From positions 130,047,711 to 130,070,168 of the forward strand of contig JANKJI020000002.1 in NCBI GenBank assembly GCA_024626585.2: a stretch of DNA of 22,458 bases, written 5' to 3'. The translations under genes were made by a program, and so were the position numbers. This document shows positions 10,594 through 22,430 of this stretch, in pieces; position 1 is the first letter of the stretch; each line of letters starts with the position of its first letter. The notes under the pieces were generated by a model, which ran no database searches, was not told where the DNA came from, and saw only the letters and a program-made list of their open reading frames with translations. The DNA is from Ginkgo biloba. Lineage: Eukaryota > Plantae > Ginkgophyta.

Positions 10594-10872
10594 TTATGGA
10601 GATATAATGGACTTGATGACATCATCTAGTATATCAAACACTTTGTATCCATATGTATAGTTAATGGAATTACTAATACTAATCAATGATTGGCTCTATT
10701 TATTATTACTTTCACCCATAATGCTAAGGGTTGGTATGAAAACCTTCCTTAATAGTCTATTATCAATTGGAATTATATGACTAGGTCCTTTATACCCTAG
10801 TTTTCTAGAGTTGACAAGAATCATAATACTATAAATAAACCTTTAAGTATCTAGTAAGGATTAGGAGATCCT
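10594..10872 (+). pseudogene. gag capsid-like domain of element C
   Basis: Translation: LWRYNGLDDII*YIKHFVSICIVNGITNTNQ*LALFIITFTHNAKGWYENLP**SIINWNYMTRSFIP*FS...LSI**GLGD. This matches the pattern A..WY..LP..SI..W..L...F...F and is preceded by a Pro/Ser-rich tract. Confidence 0.88.
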
Positions 10873-12379
10873 AACAAATTGTTTAATAATACTTATTGGA
10901 AAAAAGTGGGGATTAATGTCAATAGAAAAATCCTTCTTATATATTTTGAGAATAGCTTGCATGTTGTAACTTGGTGGGATCTATGTAGATATCATCCCAC
11001 CATATTNNNNNNNNNNNNNNNNNNNNNNNNNNNNNNNNNNNNNNNNNNNNNNNNNNNNNNNNNNNNNNNNNNNNNNNNNNNNNNNNNNNNNNNNNNNNNN
11101 NNNNNNNNNNNNNNNNNNNNNNNNNNNNNNNNNNNNNNNNNNNNNNNNNNNNNNNNNNNNNNNNNNNNNNNNNNNNNNNNNNNNNNNNNNNNNNNNNNNN
11201 NNNNNNNNNNNNNNNNNNNNNNNNNNNNNNNNNNNNNNNNNNNNNNNNNNNNNNNNNNNNNNNNNNNNNNNNCATTCCAACACTTTCATTGATTGATAGG
11301 TTGGCCTAGTCTATTGAGAATAAGGCTACCTCCTAGTGCAAAGTTATAAAGAGACAATAAAACTTGATTTAAGGCATTTATTTATGGTTATAAAATAATA
11401 ATGAAAATCAACATCAATAAGCATTATCATAGAATCAGATTTTGGTTATTGCTAACTACCTAATGTAATTGAATAAGCAAATGACAATTCTACTAGCACC
11501 CCTTAATAATAATAACATTTAGGATAGTTTATTCCTAGAGGACACAAAGGTTGAGGAGGATGTCATGGTGGTTATGATATAGAATAAAGTCTAAAACAAT
11601 ATAAAACTAACCAATAGGTCCCATTTTACATGTACTATCAAGTGAATATCCATATTTAATATAACTATTGGTACCTTCTCTTCTCTATAATATTGAGGTG
11701 AACACACCCCAAATGAATGTACAATAATAAATGAGTATTATAACACTTATTGAATGCACGATGACATAGATGGTTAATGTTCTAGTATGGTGCCTCTTAG
11801 ATCAACTTATCTATTTCTTCCTTAGGTAAATAATTAAATAATTATACCACTTAAAGGCAACCTCACTTTAGAAATTTAGTATGTTCATCTATATATGCCT
11901 TATGTAACAACTTAGCTATAATTATAGAGATTAAAATCACCACAATAAGGACTAACTTATATATATCATCTAATCTAATCAAAATAACCATCTCCTTATC
12001 CATAACCTATCCCAAATAATCCCCAACCACACCTACTTACCAATGTTGTCAATTCTATCTTTGAGCTACCTTATGTGATCATTCCTTTATACTTGAATGA
12101 CATCAATGATAACCACATGCTAGGGCCAATAACCTAATTTAAATTTATTTAAATTTTGATATAGGTTAGTGCTTATTATTACCAATAATAACTCATATTA
12201 TTCTCACATATGTATTCATTATGGGTCAATTTATCAATGCCAAAGATAACTATAACCATTGTTCAACTATTAAAACTAGCATAAAATTTTAACAAGGAAT
12301 TGAAGTTAGAGGTATCTTATTCTCTAGTGTTTGATATAGTATTGATCATGGTTCCTTGATCTTGATGACATAAAAATAT

Positions 12380-12634
12380 GATCAAGTGCTAAAGGAGGTG
12401 ATAGAGGATTATGGGTCCTTAATAGGTATAATTTTATTACACATAATGTCTAAGATAGGCCTTACCATAACAAACCCCTATCCCATTATTCTAGAAGTAT
12501 TACTTTAAACATTAAAAGTTGTCAGAGTTCTAGATAAAGGGGATTTTATTATGATAGTTTTTTCATAAGTGAATTCCTTCTATTTATTACTTAGGAGGAG
12601 CTCAATGAGTGTGTCTAATGCTATAATTATCTAG
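12380..12634 (+). pseudogene. Aspartic protease remnant of element C
   Basis: Translation: QVLKEVIEDYGSLIGIILLHIMSKIGLTITNPYPIIL (D.GS at 12407), and later SFYLLLRRSSMSVSNAIII*, a decayed LLLGRPW...NA.IDW. Confidence 0.75.
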
Positions 12635-13106
12635 ATAATTAGTTATATTTAGTTGAGTGGGAATGGTAGTTATGAAAAATATCAAAAGATTAAATACTAA
12701 AGATATTATCATGGGACTAGTGTTAATGACCCCAAACATTATTATTCATTTGAAAGGGTCTTTTATGTCCACTTGAGCACCCTAAAATTAGGATTATTTG
12801 AGCTTGTAGGAAATTCAATATGATGAAGCCATATTAACATGGATATTTTGCAAGAAGGATATATTCAAGTGTTTAAAGGTAAGTATGATTAAAGAAGTTT
12901 TGTTAGCATAAGAAAACAAACTTGATAATTAATCTTTTAGAGGCTAAGAGAGCTCATAAAGGAAAATGACCTTGTTAGTAACACCTAAAGAGATACTAGA
13001 AGAGTAAAATAATATTTTATTACCTACTATAGGAATCACTAATTTATGGTTATTTGAATAACATAATTAGATAGAGTTATCCTATTATAAGTAAGAACTA
13101 ACACAT

Positions 13107-13241
13107 GATGTGGATATCAGCCTTTTCGACATGCCAAAAATTCTTAAATTTATAGTCAGATGCTCCTTCAAGGAAATTAAGTAGTATAAATATCTTTTTT
13201 ATGGATTTCAAGATGTTATTACTTGGAATTATGTGAATGTG
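13107..13241 (+). pseudogene. RT lead-in segment of element C, abruptly truncated
   Basis: Translation: DVDISLFDMPKILKFIVRCSFKEIK*YKYLFYGFQDVITWNYVNV. It resembles the PK..KIG..........L..EF.DVFAW.Y.D motif that precedes RT in Tat/Athila elements. Confidence 0.75.
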
Positions 13242-13980
13242 GTTAAGGGAGGCTTCCCATATTAAGTGTCTAGATATTGGTGCATTTTATACTACTTATT
13301 AAGATTTGTTATTTCTTTAGATTTATTGTTGAGATTTCTTATGTTGGTATACCCATCTGACAACACTAGAAATTTTCAACCAATTGTAATAAATTGTTTA
13401 ATGAAATAATTATGTGGCATGTAGATACTAATGTAGTGATGATTTATAAATTCTAATCTTAATGTTATATCATAATTATTTTCATAGATAGAATTAACCT
13501 TAAAAATGGACTTTTGTGGAAACATTTTCGTAGTGGACTTTTAGAAAAACTAATCATGATCACACATTTCTTAATCACAAAACAAGAATCTTGATCCCAA
13601 AAAAAACATGTGCAAAATGATATTAGGAATTAAAAATTAATCAACTTATTAATAAGACTATTATATAAAGAATATGAGTAATATCCATGGTTTTATATAT
13701 AATAAAATCATTTAAGGAGAATTAATCTAAAATGATACGTGTGTGATGCAAATGTTCTTCCCAATACAAAATTCAATTGAAAACCAACAACATTGATGAC
13801 AAACAAGGGAAATGTAGGAGATCATGTGGTAAACATATAAAATCTATCCTTGTAATAATTTCCTTTTCCTTTTCCTTACTTTGTTTAATGCATACCGAGT
13901 GGGATGGGAGAATACTAAAACCATTCTTTCTCTCACTATATATATGTTCTAATTTAGCTTTGGAATTCAAAGCCAACCTA

Positions 13981-14341
13981 CATTCATCTTTACTAGCCCC
14001 CTTGTCTATAGTTATGCTTGGTTAAATATTGAATTTAACCATGTAGATGGAAATTTGGTATTGCTCTCATCTTAACCTAACCTAACCTATTTTCATTAGC
14101 AATATGAATAGCCAAATCCATCAAATCTTGTTTAAATTAAGATGTGATGGATAGTTGCCTTCATAGAAATTTATTATTTATTGGTTCACCTCCTTTTTCA
14201 TAATAATTATCAAGAAATTACATCTGGATTTCATTTATCCTTTATTTCCCACTTGGATATGATTGGTTATATATTGAATATAACCACATAGATGGACATT
14301 GGGTATTTTTCTTGTATTAACCTAACCTAACCTCTTTGCAT
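13981..14341. repeat. Two-copy repeat, 245-bp period, each copy with a 9-bp hairpin and (TAACC)3
   Basis: Hairpins at 14019-14041 and 14264-14286; (TAACC)3 at 14073-14087 and 14318-14332. Both offsets are exactly 245 bp. Confidence 0.9.
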
Positions 14342-15028
14342 GAACACACAAGTGTGTGCATTCACTACTGTTTATTTGTATTATCTTACAATTTATCTTC
14401 TAGATTTGAAAAAAAAAATGATATTTACTCATGTGAATATATACCTTATTAGGCAACGTATATAAATGACTCATTCTCTACACATTTAATAATGATCTTT
14501 AATGACATCAAATAGTGATAATTCCTTTTCATTGGATAAGAGATTGTCTTTTTTCTAGCTATTACTACANNNNNNNNNNNNNNNNNNNNNNNNNNNNNNN
14601 NNNNNNNNNNNNNNNNNNNNNNNNNNNNNNNNNNNNNNNNNNNNNNNNNNNNNNNNNNNNNNNNNNNNNNNNNNNNNNNNNNNNNNNNNNNNNNNNNNNN
14701 NNNNNNNNNNNNNNNNNNNNNNNNNNNNNNNNNNNNNNNNNNNNNNNNNNNNNNNNNNNNNNNNNNNNNNNNNNNNNNNNNNNNNNNNNNNNNNNNNNNN
14801 NNNNNNNNNNNNNNNNNNNNNNNNNNNNNNNNNNNNNNNNNNNNNNNNNNNNNNNNNNNNNNNNNNNNNNNNNNNNNNNNNNNNNNNNNNNNNNNNNNNN
14901 NNNNNNNNNNNNNNNNNNNNNNNNNNNNNNNNNNNNNNNNNNNNNNNNNNNNNNNNNNNNNNNNNNNNNNNNNNNNNNNNNNNNNNNNNNNNNNNNNNNN
15001 NNNNNNNNNNNNNNNNNNNNNNNNNNAC

Positions 15029-15738
15029 TTCATCCTTTCTAATATTGTCTACTAGTTTAAAGCATTATTGGAGTTGGTTTTGGATATAAAAACTTGTTTT
15101 TGAAATGAGGGTATGTAGGATTTGATTGATAAGTTATAGATTAAGGATAAAATTTCATCTTTGTATAATCCATAAGGAAATATGTTGGGTAAAAGTACCA
15201 ACAAGGTATTCATTAATATCTTCTATGATATGGAAGCTTAGAATAAAAAGAAATAACACCAATAATTAGAATTTTCTCTCAATGTGTATCACACAACTTA
15301 CAAGGTTTCTATATATGCCACTCATTTTATTGGTCTATGAATAGAGGTAGTCTTACCAGAAAATATTAATTTAGAAGCATTCGATATGAATTTGTCAGAT
15401 TACCAAGACTAGGAGAATCCCCTCTAAGCTAGATTGGTGACTTTTATAAATATGTATAAGGATTAGTTTGTTAAATGAAAAAACATAGAAGTTTAACAAA
15501 TATAGATGAATGAGTAGTTTCAGAAGAAGATTAAGCATTGGTAGTTTGGTAATATTTCCTTGTGTGTATTTGGGATAAGGTTAACAAAAACCACCCTAAG
15601 AAGTTTGAATCTCTCTAGTTGGGTCTTTATTATATACATGATGATTTTAAGAATAGATCCTATAGGCTAATCACCTTGGGTGGTCAATAATTACTTTGTC
15701 CTTTCAATTGGTAGTTGTTGAAAGATTATGTGACTTAA
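15029..15738 (+). pseudogene. Integrase core C-terminal half and GPY/F module, no chromodomain
   Basis: Translation: FILSNIVY*FKALLELVLD/F*NEGM*DLIDKL*IKDKISSLYNP*GNMLGKSTNKVFINIF...LEFSLNVYHTTYKVSIYATHF/LVY/IEVVLP...KKFESL*LGLYYIHDDFKNRSYRLITLGGQ*LLCPFNW*LLKDYVT*. This matches S.Y.PQ.NG..E..NK, AYRT....TPF.LVYG and KF...W.GPY. Confidence 0.92.
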
Positions 15739-18493
15739 GGCTATGTTGTGCTTAGGCATTTGATNNNNNNNNNNNNNNNNNNNNNNNNNNNNNNNNNNNN
15801 NNTTTTTCTTAAGTAACAAAGTAAAAATTTTAACATCTAATGAATTTACTAGAAGGCATGATTTATAGTTCTCTAAGTCCTCATGACATTTTGATTAGAG
15901 AAAGAAACAACGTGAAGAGAGAAGTGATTCTTAGAAAATAATCTTGCATAGACGTCAAAGATCCCATTTTGATTCAAAGTCGTATTGAATATCAATAACA
16001 AATAAAAAGGAAAATACCCTGAGAGGCTTAAAGTAGTCACTAAAGAACTTGTTCACCCACTCAACAATATACAGAGTAAGAGAGTGTAGCTAAAAGAATG
16101 TCCCATCTCATGCATGGATAGAAGATAATTATAGGAGGACATGACTAGATTACTCTCAAAGAAGTTATACATAATAAGAAAAATTGAAGTTGTGATTAGA
16201 CTAACTATGTTTTTTTGGATGCATCTCTAGGAGTTTAATTTAAATATGAAAGAAAATGCATTGAACAAAATATCAGTTGTGTCTCAAGTTTGGGTTGAGA
16301 TGTTCTTATGAGATGTCAAATGTTGAGACAAAAATATTGACTAGATAAATGNNNNNNNNNNNNNNNNNNNNNNNNNNNNNNNNNNNNNNNNNNNNNNNNN
16401 NNNNNNNNNNNNNNNNNNNNNNNNNNNNNNNNNNNNNNNNNNNNNNNNNNNTTTATTTGGTCATGCCAAAATATTTACAAGATCTAGTTTCTTTCCTAAA
16501 AAGTATCCTTAGTAGTTTAACTAGTATGAGATAGATCTATAGAAAGGTATTATTTAGTTCACGTGTCTTTTAAGGTACCAAATTATGCATGTATTTAAGC
16601 ATGAGTACATCTTCTCTAGATTTGAATTCACCCTCTCTCATTTTTTTCTATAAAAATCCTTAAGAAAGCACTTATAAACCTTTATTATGAATTTTGAATT
16701 TAAAAGAGCATAGTGTATAAGAGATAGTGAATAGTGTATCAAAATTTAAGAGTGACTGTGATTGATTGCAAAGGATATAGTGTTAGTAAGCAAAGGAAGA
16801 GAAAGTTTTGTTCTTCCTAGATTGGTATTTTTATGTGGTTAAGGGTAGGAATCATGGTGAAATTTTGGATTCATAAGGTATTGGAGATTATTTATTTCTA
16901 TTCATTGATGGATAGATAAATTTTGTAGAAGTACAAGATAGGAAACATCAAATAACATACTGAGTATTATAGGTAATTGATAATATAGAGATGGTATAAA
17001 ATCTAATCATATATATGGAGTGTCAGGAAATAGTTGAGTTGGTGAGGCAATATCATATGGGCATACTCTATCTTAGAGGAAATAGTCTCACAATTTATGC
17101 TAATACAATATTTACCTTATTGGGATTACTAATATAGTAGAGAAGGAGACCTTGAAGGCAAAGGAAAGAATGCAAAAAAGACTAAGATTACTTAGGTATT
17201 ATATTTTAAGTTGTCAGAAATAGAAGCTTACAATAAATCTAATGGCTTCTTTGTATTGGATATTTAGAACCCTGCAGACTTATAGGACATACAAATTATT
17301 GTAAAGAGCTTGTCCTACAATAAAGTCAATATATATCTTCATTTTCAATAGACTTCCATAGTGGATAAACTATCCATAGTTGAAGTCTGGATTTGAGTAG
17401 AATGGTAAATTGATCTTTAAATATGCATATGTGCATAAATAATAGACTTGTGGATATTTTTTGGCCCTATAAATAATGTATGTAATGATGGTGGAACTTA
17501 TAGAGATACTAGGTTAATCCTATGGTATGACCTTAGTGTTGGGACAATATGAACCCTAACAAATATCTATAGAATTTAGAGGATAAGGCATTAATTTTAT
17601 AAGGCATTGATGTGCTTTTAATTTTGATAATATTATTTTACCTAACTAAGAAAACTTAATGAGGGAATGGAATTGGATATGCCCTTACTCGATTATATTA
17701 AAACCTAGTGGATTAAAGTAAATTGGGAGAATGTATCCCATGGGGCATACCTTATGCTAAGAGGATTTATACCATTTTTTAAATTAGAGAAATAAATAGA
17801 TACATAAATCATAGAATTAAATAAGCCCATGATCTATAGTAATCCTTAAGCCTTTGCCAATATCAATCCTATCTAGGATTGATATGTTTATAAGATACTC
17901 TTCTTACCTAGTCAACAATGTGCCTTAGAGAGGCATGTTATATAGGCCAAAGTTAAGGACCCAAATTTATATATATTTTACTATATTATGAGGGGGATCC
18001 ATCTTCTACACTTTGATCTATTTACATCATAGTTGGACCCTTAGACTAAGAAGTAATTCTTATGACTTTTTATAGCCTCTTTAGTGGTGAGACATAAATT
18101 GTTTATTTATTTAAAGAACATTCTCAGGCTTCCATAAAATACATATACTTAAATGCCAATAGGCTAGGTAATAAATTCATCAGGGTGCCTCCCAAGTTCC
18201 CTCAATATTGACACATCCCAATATCCTTCATTGGTTAGTGCCACCTAATAACTTCATCCAACTGGTACTTCTCATTAAATTTTGTTCAATTCTTAGAACC
18301 TTAGGACTAAGTACTAATTTACAATGTGGTGGTCAAGTACAAACCTTATCCATGGGCTAAGTTTAAACATGATTTACATTGGATATATATAATNNNNNNN
18401 NNNNNNNNNNNNNNNNNNNNNNNNNNNNNNNNNNNNNNNNNNNNNNNNNNNNNNNNNNNNNNNNNNNNNNNNNNNNNNNNNNNNNNNNNNNNN

Positions 18494-18958
18494 ATTGGAT
18501 TTGATTCTACCTAAATAATTCATCAAGAAAAGAGATACTTATTACTGACAAGTTTTTCCAACACTTCACCAATATAATGGAAAGTGATCCTTTCTAGTGG
18601 CTCTATTCAAAGTTTGATAATCCACAAAAATTCTCCAATTACCTCCCTTATTAGCTACAACCACTAGTAGAAAAATCTATATACTAATATTAGAGACAAA
18701 GAAAACCATCCTAGCTACAAGAAGTTTCTCCAATTTAAATATGATGGTGTGCATCATCATCGATTTTAACCTTCTTTGAGGATTTTGGAGTAGCATATTA
18801 TCTTCCTTTATAAATATGTGATGTTGGTAGATCATAGGGAAAATGCCTTACAAATCTTTATAAGTTCAAGCAAAAACAACTTTATGTTTCTACAAAACTT
18901 AAAAGACCTCTTGTGATGCTTGTGTCAATTTTTTTCCAATAAATAAGGTTTGATCATG
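18494..18958 (-). pseudogene. Reverse transcriptase N-terminal part of element D
   Basis: Translation: LFIGKKLT...KHKVVFA*TYKDL*GIFPMIYQHHIFIKED...PQRRLKSMM...LEKLLVARMVFFVS...*IFLLVVVANKGGNWRIFVDYQTLNRATRKDHFPL/IGEVLEKL...LDELFR*NQIQ. LN.ATRKDHFPLPFID is typical of Athila-type RT. Confidence 0.93.
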
Positions 18959-19319
18959 CCTTATATCAAGAGGAATAGAATCACCAAAATAATGGGGGAC
19001 TAAACTATGATTGTTTTTCTCCAAACAAGAAATACAATGTCCAAAAGCTTGTTGAGAATCCAAATCATTTCCTTGCAAAGGTTTGCAAACTTTAACATGT
19101 TTATCACCTTGTCTGAAAGTGTCATACATATCCATAACCATGGTTGGATATGTGTACTCCTTATCTTTCTCATTCTAATTACAAAAAAAAAAAAAAAATT
19201 AATAATCATCACTATCCTTGCCCACATCTTCATTTGATCCCGCCTATTCTACTTGTTCAATTGACATAATACTAACTATTTGTGTAATTTGCAATAAGTT
19301 CATGTAATTTTTCTTTGTA

Positions 19320-19670
19320 CCATGAATAATAGCCATTTTTAATATTCCATAAGAAAAAATACATATATAATTTCCAACCAAGGTTTGTCAAGGATGATAA
19401 CATATGTTTTGATGTATTTTTTAACTATAAAACCATAAAGCATTCACATTAGAATCATAGCATCATTGAGAATTCCTTAAAATTGCACTATAAATTGATC
19501 TACTATTTGCAACACCATATGAGTCTTGTGCAATCCCTTAGGGCTAAGTTATTTCATAGTATCTTCTATTATCATGTTTATGGTATATCCAAAATTAGAA
19601 ATAACCTTAGGGATTATGTTATTACTAAAGTCAGTTACATACAATGGAGTGTTAGGATGTAGATAATTTC
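19320..19670 (-). pseudogene. Aspartic protease remnant of element D
   Basis: Translation: YLHPNTP...IPKVISNFGYTINMIIEDTMK*L...KTHMVLQIVDQ...GILND.../FMVL/YVIILDKPWL. This is a decayed Y.DPG.P, IDLGA.IN, LQLAD and ILGRPWL; the catalytic position at 19594-19596 reads Asn. Confidence 0.82.
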
Positions 19671-20385
19671 TTTCCCTGGAAGGACATTAGATGTAGCTTT
19701 AATAACTTTGATCCTACTTAGGTATTTTCTTCTCATCCTACCTCTATAAGATAGCTTCTTGACTTATTGTGCATATATTAGTATATCTTTGATATCTTGG
19801 TTCAGTGGAATGCAAATGAAAACACTTTGGAGTTTATTACTAAAATTAAAATGATAATCATCTTTTGATTCTCTAGGTTTCTTCAATTGAAAAGCAAAAC
19901 CATNNNNNNNNNNNNNNNNNNNNNNNNNNNNNNNNNNNNNNNNNNNNNNNNNNNNNNNNNNNNNNNNNNNNNNNNNNNNNNNNNNNNNNNNNNNNNNNNN
20001 NNNGAAGAAAAGCTGAGTATGAAAATAAATGGAGCAATTGTAAAAATGAGATAAAGACATAAAATAGCAATGCATAATGCAAAATTCAATAACCAATAAG
20101 AAAATCCCAAGTAATAATATATATGAGGTTAGATCAATGTTTAGTGCTAGATAGGAATCCTTCCATCTAATGCTCTTTAAAACCATCTATGGTACCTTAA
20201 TGATCTTTGTTTTAAATGGGAAAATTACCTATTTCATTTATTCATTTTAAAAGTATTTATACATCATTGAGGGATCAAAGTCTTGACGTCCTCAACTAAT
20301 TACAACATTAAGATGAACACTTGATGAGAAACACTAATCAAATCTACCCACATAATTTGTATAGATAACTCTTACACCATCATTA

Positions 20386-20773
20386 TAGGTAAATTACCTA
20401 CATGCTTGGTGAAGGTAACTAGAACTTGACTAAGTATACCTTTAGTATCATTGGAAGTCGAATATACATCTTTAAGTTGCCCTTTATGAGGTTGGAGGTA
20501 GACTTCTTAAGTAAATAGAGCTACTCGCATCTTTACTAAAAGTATCCACTTACATACGAAGTGTAAGTCGGCTGCTTTCACTTGGATTGCAAGTGGTGTC
20601 GACTCACTATGGACTATCTACATCTTCTTGTAAGTAACCACTTCATGTAAAATTTAAGTGGGTTATCTAAGTCTCAAGTGTAGGTAACTTGATCACATGC
20701 AACTTGAAGGTAAATTAACTTCACCGTGGATGAAGGTAACTAATAAGATATATTCACCCTAGGTGAAGGTAAC
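20386..20773. repeat. Cluster of short TG(A/T)AGGTAA-like motifs, some palindromic
   Basis: tgaaggtaa at 20410, 20705, 20731 and 20764; variants at 20629 and 20679; palindromes taggtaa-a-ttaccta (20386-20400) and tgaaggtaa-a-ttaacttca (20705-20723). Confidence 0.75.
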
Positions 20774-22430
20774 CATTTACATAACTAATTACTATCTTCA
20801 TGATAATATAAGGTAGAATACATAAGTATTGGCATTCCAAAACATCAAGAGACAATTTTAACAACTCCATAAATTGCCAATTATATCAAATTAGATGTAT
20901 AGGAATAATATCTTATAAATTTATAAAACATAATACATGAAAAAATAAAGAAAATGATGAGACATGAAATATATCATCAATTACTAAAATGGAGTTTTAT
21001 ACTTTAAGAAGCATTGGCAAATGATTTCATTAAGTAACAAATATATAATGAGATAATTTATTCATGAAAAATGCCTTTGAGAAATTTCACATAAAATAAT
21101 TTCATTTCTTTTAGATAAACGATCATATTAGTGCCAAAATTAATAAGGTAAGGAATTTTATATAATTAAATCAAACATTCTACTTTATAGCATATGATAT
21201 TCACCCAAGAAATGACAATTTGTATTAGGTTTTATAGAACACAAGAAACTTTAATTGTCATTAAAAAAAATTGTTGTTTATAATAATAATCCAAATAGGC
21301 ATTACAAAAGCAAAATAAAACAAAAACTGTAGATTTGCATTCTTCATTGTAGTTACTTATCAAGAGATGATCAAGGCATTTCCTTAGAGGAAAAAATGGG
21401 CCAAAATTAAAAAGTTATAGAATAGGTGTCAAACATCAATCTTACTAGCAATATGGCAATTGTAAAGTGATAATTAGAAGCTTGAAGGTATTATATCAAA
21501 AAGAAATTGTGTTTCTTAAAAAATAAAATAGAGAGAACCTTCAAAATAAGGATTTGTTAAAACACTTCTTTATCTTCAAGTTCATTATATTTGAGTTTGG
21601 CAAAAAAGTAAACAACACATTTTCTTATATTCTTTAGGAGAGGTTAAGTACAATATAATAAAGAGTATATTCTATGATTTAAGCTAGCGAGGTCTTGAAA
21701 TCTTCCTAGAGATGGATTTTCAAAGCACGATTAAAATATTTGAAATAAACGTCTAGTTTGACTTGACCTCTCTCTTACAAAATGGATCTTAAATAAGGAC
21801 TCATAGATATTCTATGTGGTTTAATACCCTTTTTATTCATAAAATGTAAAGTGACTTAAATATTTCAAAGTAGTCTAAGAACAAAGAATGAGCCAATTAG
21901 ATTTAATGGCATAATGATATTACTTAGGTTATCCCCGTACTTCCTATCGTCCTTAATTTATGTGCTTAACTTCAAATAATAGAATGCCAAATTCTAACAA
22001 GAGTTGTTCACTACTTTCTCTAAGCATTGATGTGCCTTTTATGATGAGATTTTCTTGTTGATATTTTATTATCTAATGCCATATTAATATGTTATTGATT
22101 TTCTTCTTTTCTATTATGAGATTTTTTGTATGATTATAAATATTAAGAGATGCCTTTTTTTTATTGAAAGTGNNNNNNNNNNNNNNNNNNNNNNNNNNNN
22201 NNNNNNNNNNNNNNNNNNNNNNNNNNNNNNNNNNNNNCGTCTACAACTTCAAAAATAAACCAAACACCACATGTGTTATTGATTAAATAAATATTGGGTA
22301 TCAATTATTATTTTCATATTATTTAGTTAAAGAGACACCTAATTCCAACTAAAATAAATTACAATAATAATAGTGAAATAAAAATATATTTTTCAACCCT
22401 TTAATTTCTTCAATCATCCTATGATAATGT

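Larger units (their letters stand above)
10380..15738 (+). mobile_element. Element C: degenerate non-chromovirus Ty3/gypsy element (Tat/Ogre-like)
   Basis: Co-oriented gag, protease, RT lead-in and integrase in gypsy order. That the integrase belongs to the same copy is inferred, because an unrelated insert and a gap intervene. Confidence 0.75.
18494..19903 (-). mobile_element. Element D: degenerate Athila-like (non-chromovirus) Ty3/gypsy pol fragment
   Basis: On the minus strand: pre-protease FNFSNKLQSVFICIPLNQDIKDILIYA (IPL.QAIK.IP.YAK motif), then protease, then RT. It is bounded by N gaps. A weak gag-like trace may continue to about 20280. Confidence 0.88.

Noticed and set aside
14073-14332. 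(TAACC)3 as a true telomere or interstitial telomeric array
   Set aside because: Only three units per site, embedded in a larger repeat, and TTAGG is not the usual plant TTTAGGG repeat.
15739-18010. 3' UTR and 3' LTR of element C ending at ...cttctaca (18010)
   Set aside because: It is plausibly LTR-derived, but I could not align it by eye to 8100-10030, and no clear PPT or TSD supports the boundaries.
1-19903. Alternative genetic code (TAG/TAA read as Gln) making the retroelement ORFs intact
   Set aside because: Stops also fall at conserved Trp and Arg positions, TGA stops occur, there are frameshifts, and catalytic or conserved residues are lost (protease Asp to Tyr or Asn, RT C.DYR to YAKFR). 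This is decay, not recoding.
937-20186. Long ORFs in the supplied track that contain X runs (for example 1187-2044, 4855-5575, 10879-11292, 14449-15042)
   Set aside because: Their length comes from N gaps. The real residues are either short non-coding flanks or pieces of the retroelement remnants already annotated.
20830-22170. Decayed transposase, LINE or integrase in the right-hand AT-rich region
   Set aside because: The plus-strand frames I translated gave no convincing motif. A profile HMM or frameshift-aware search would be needed.
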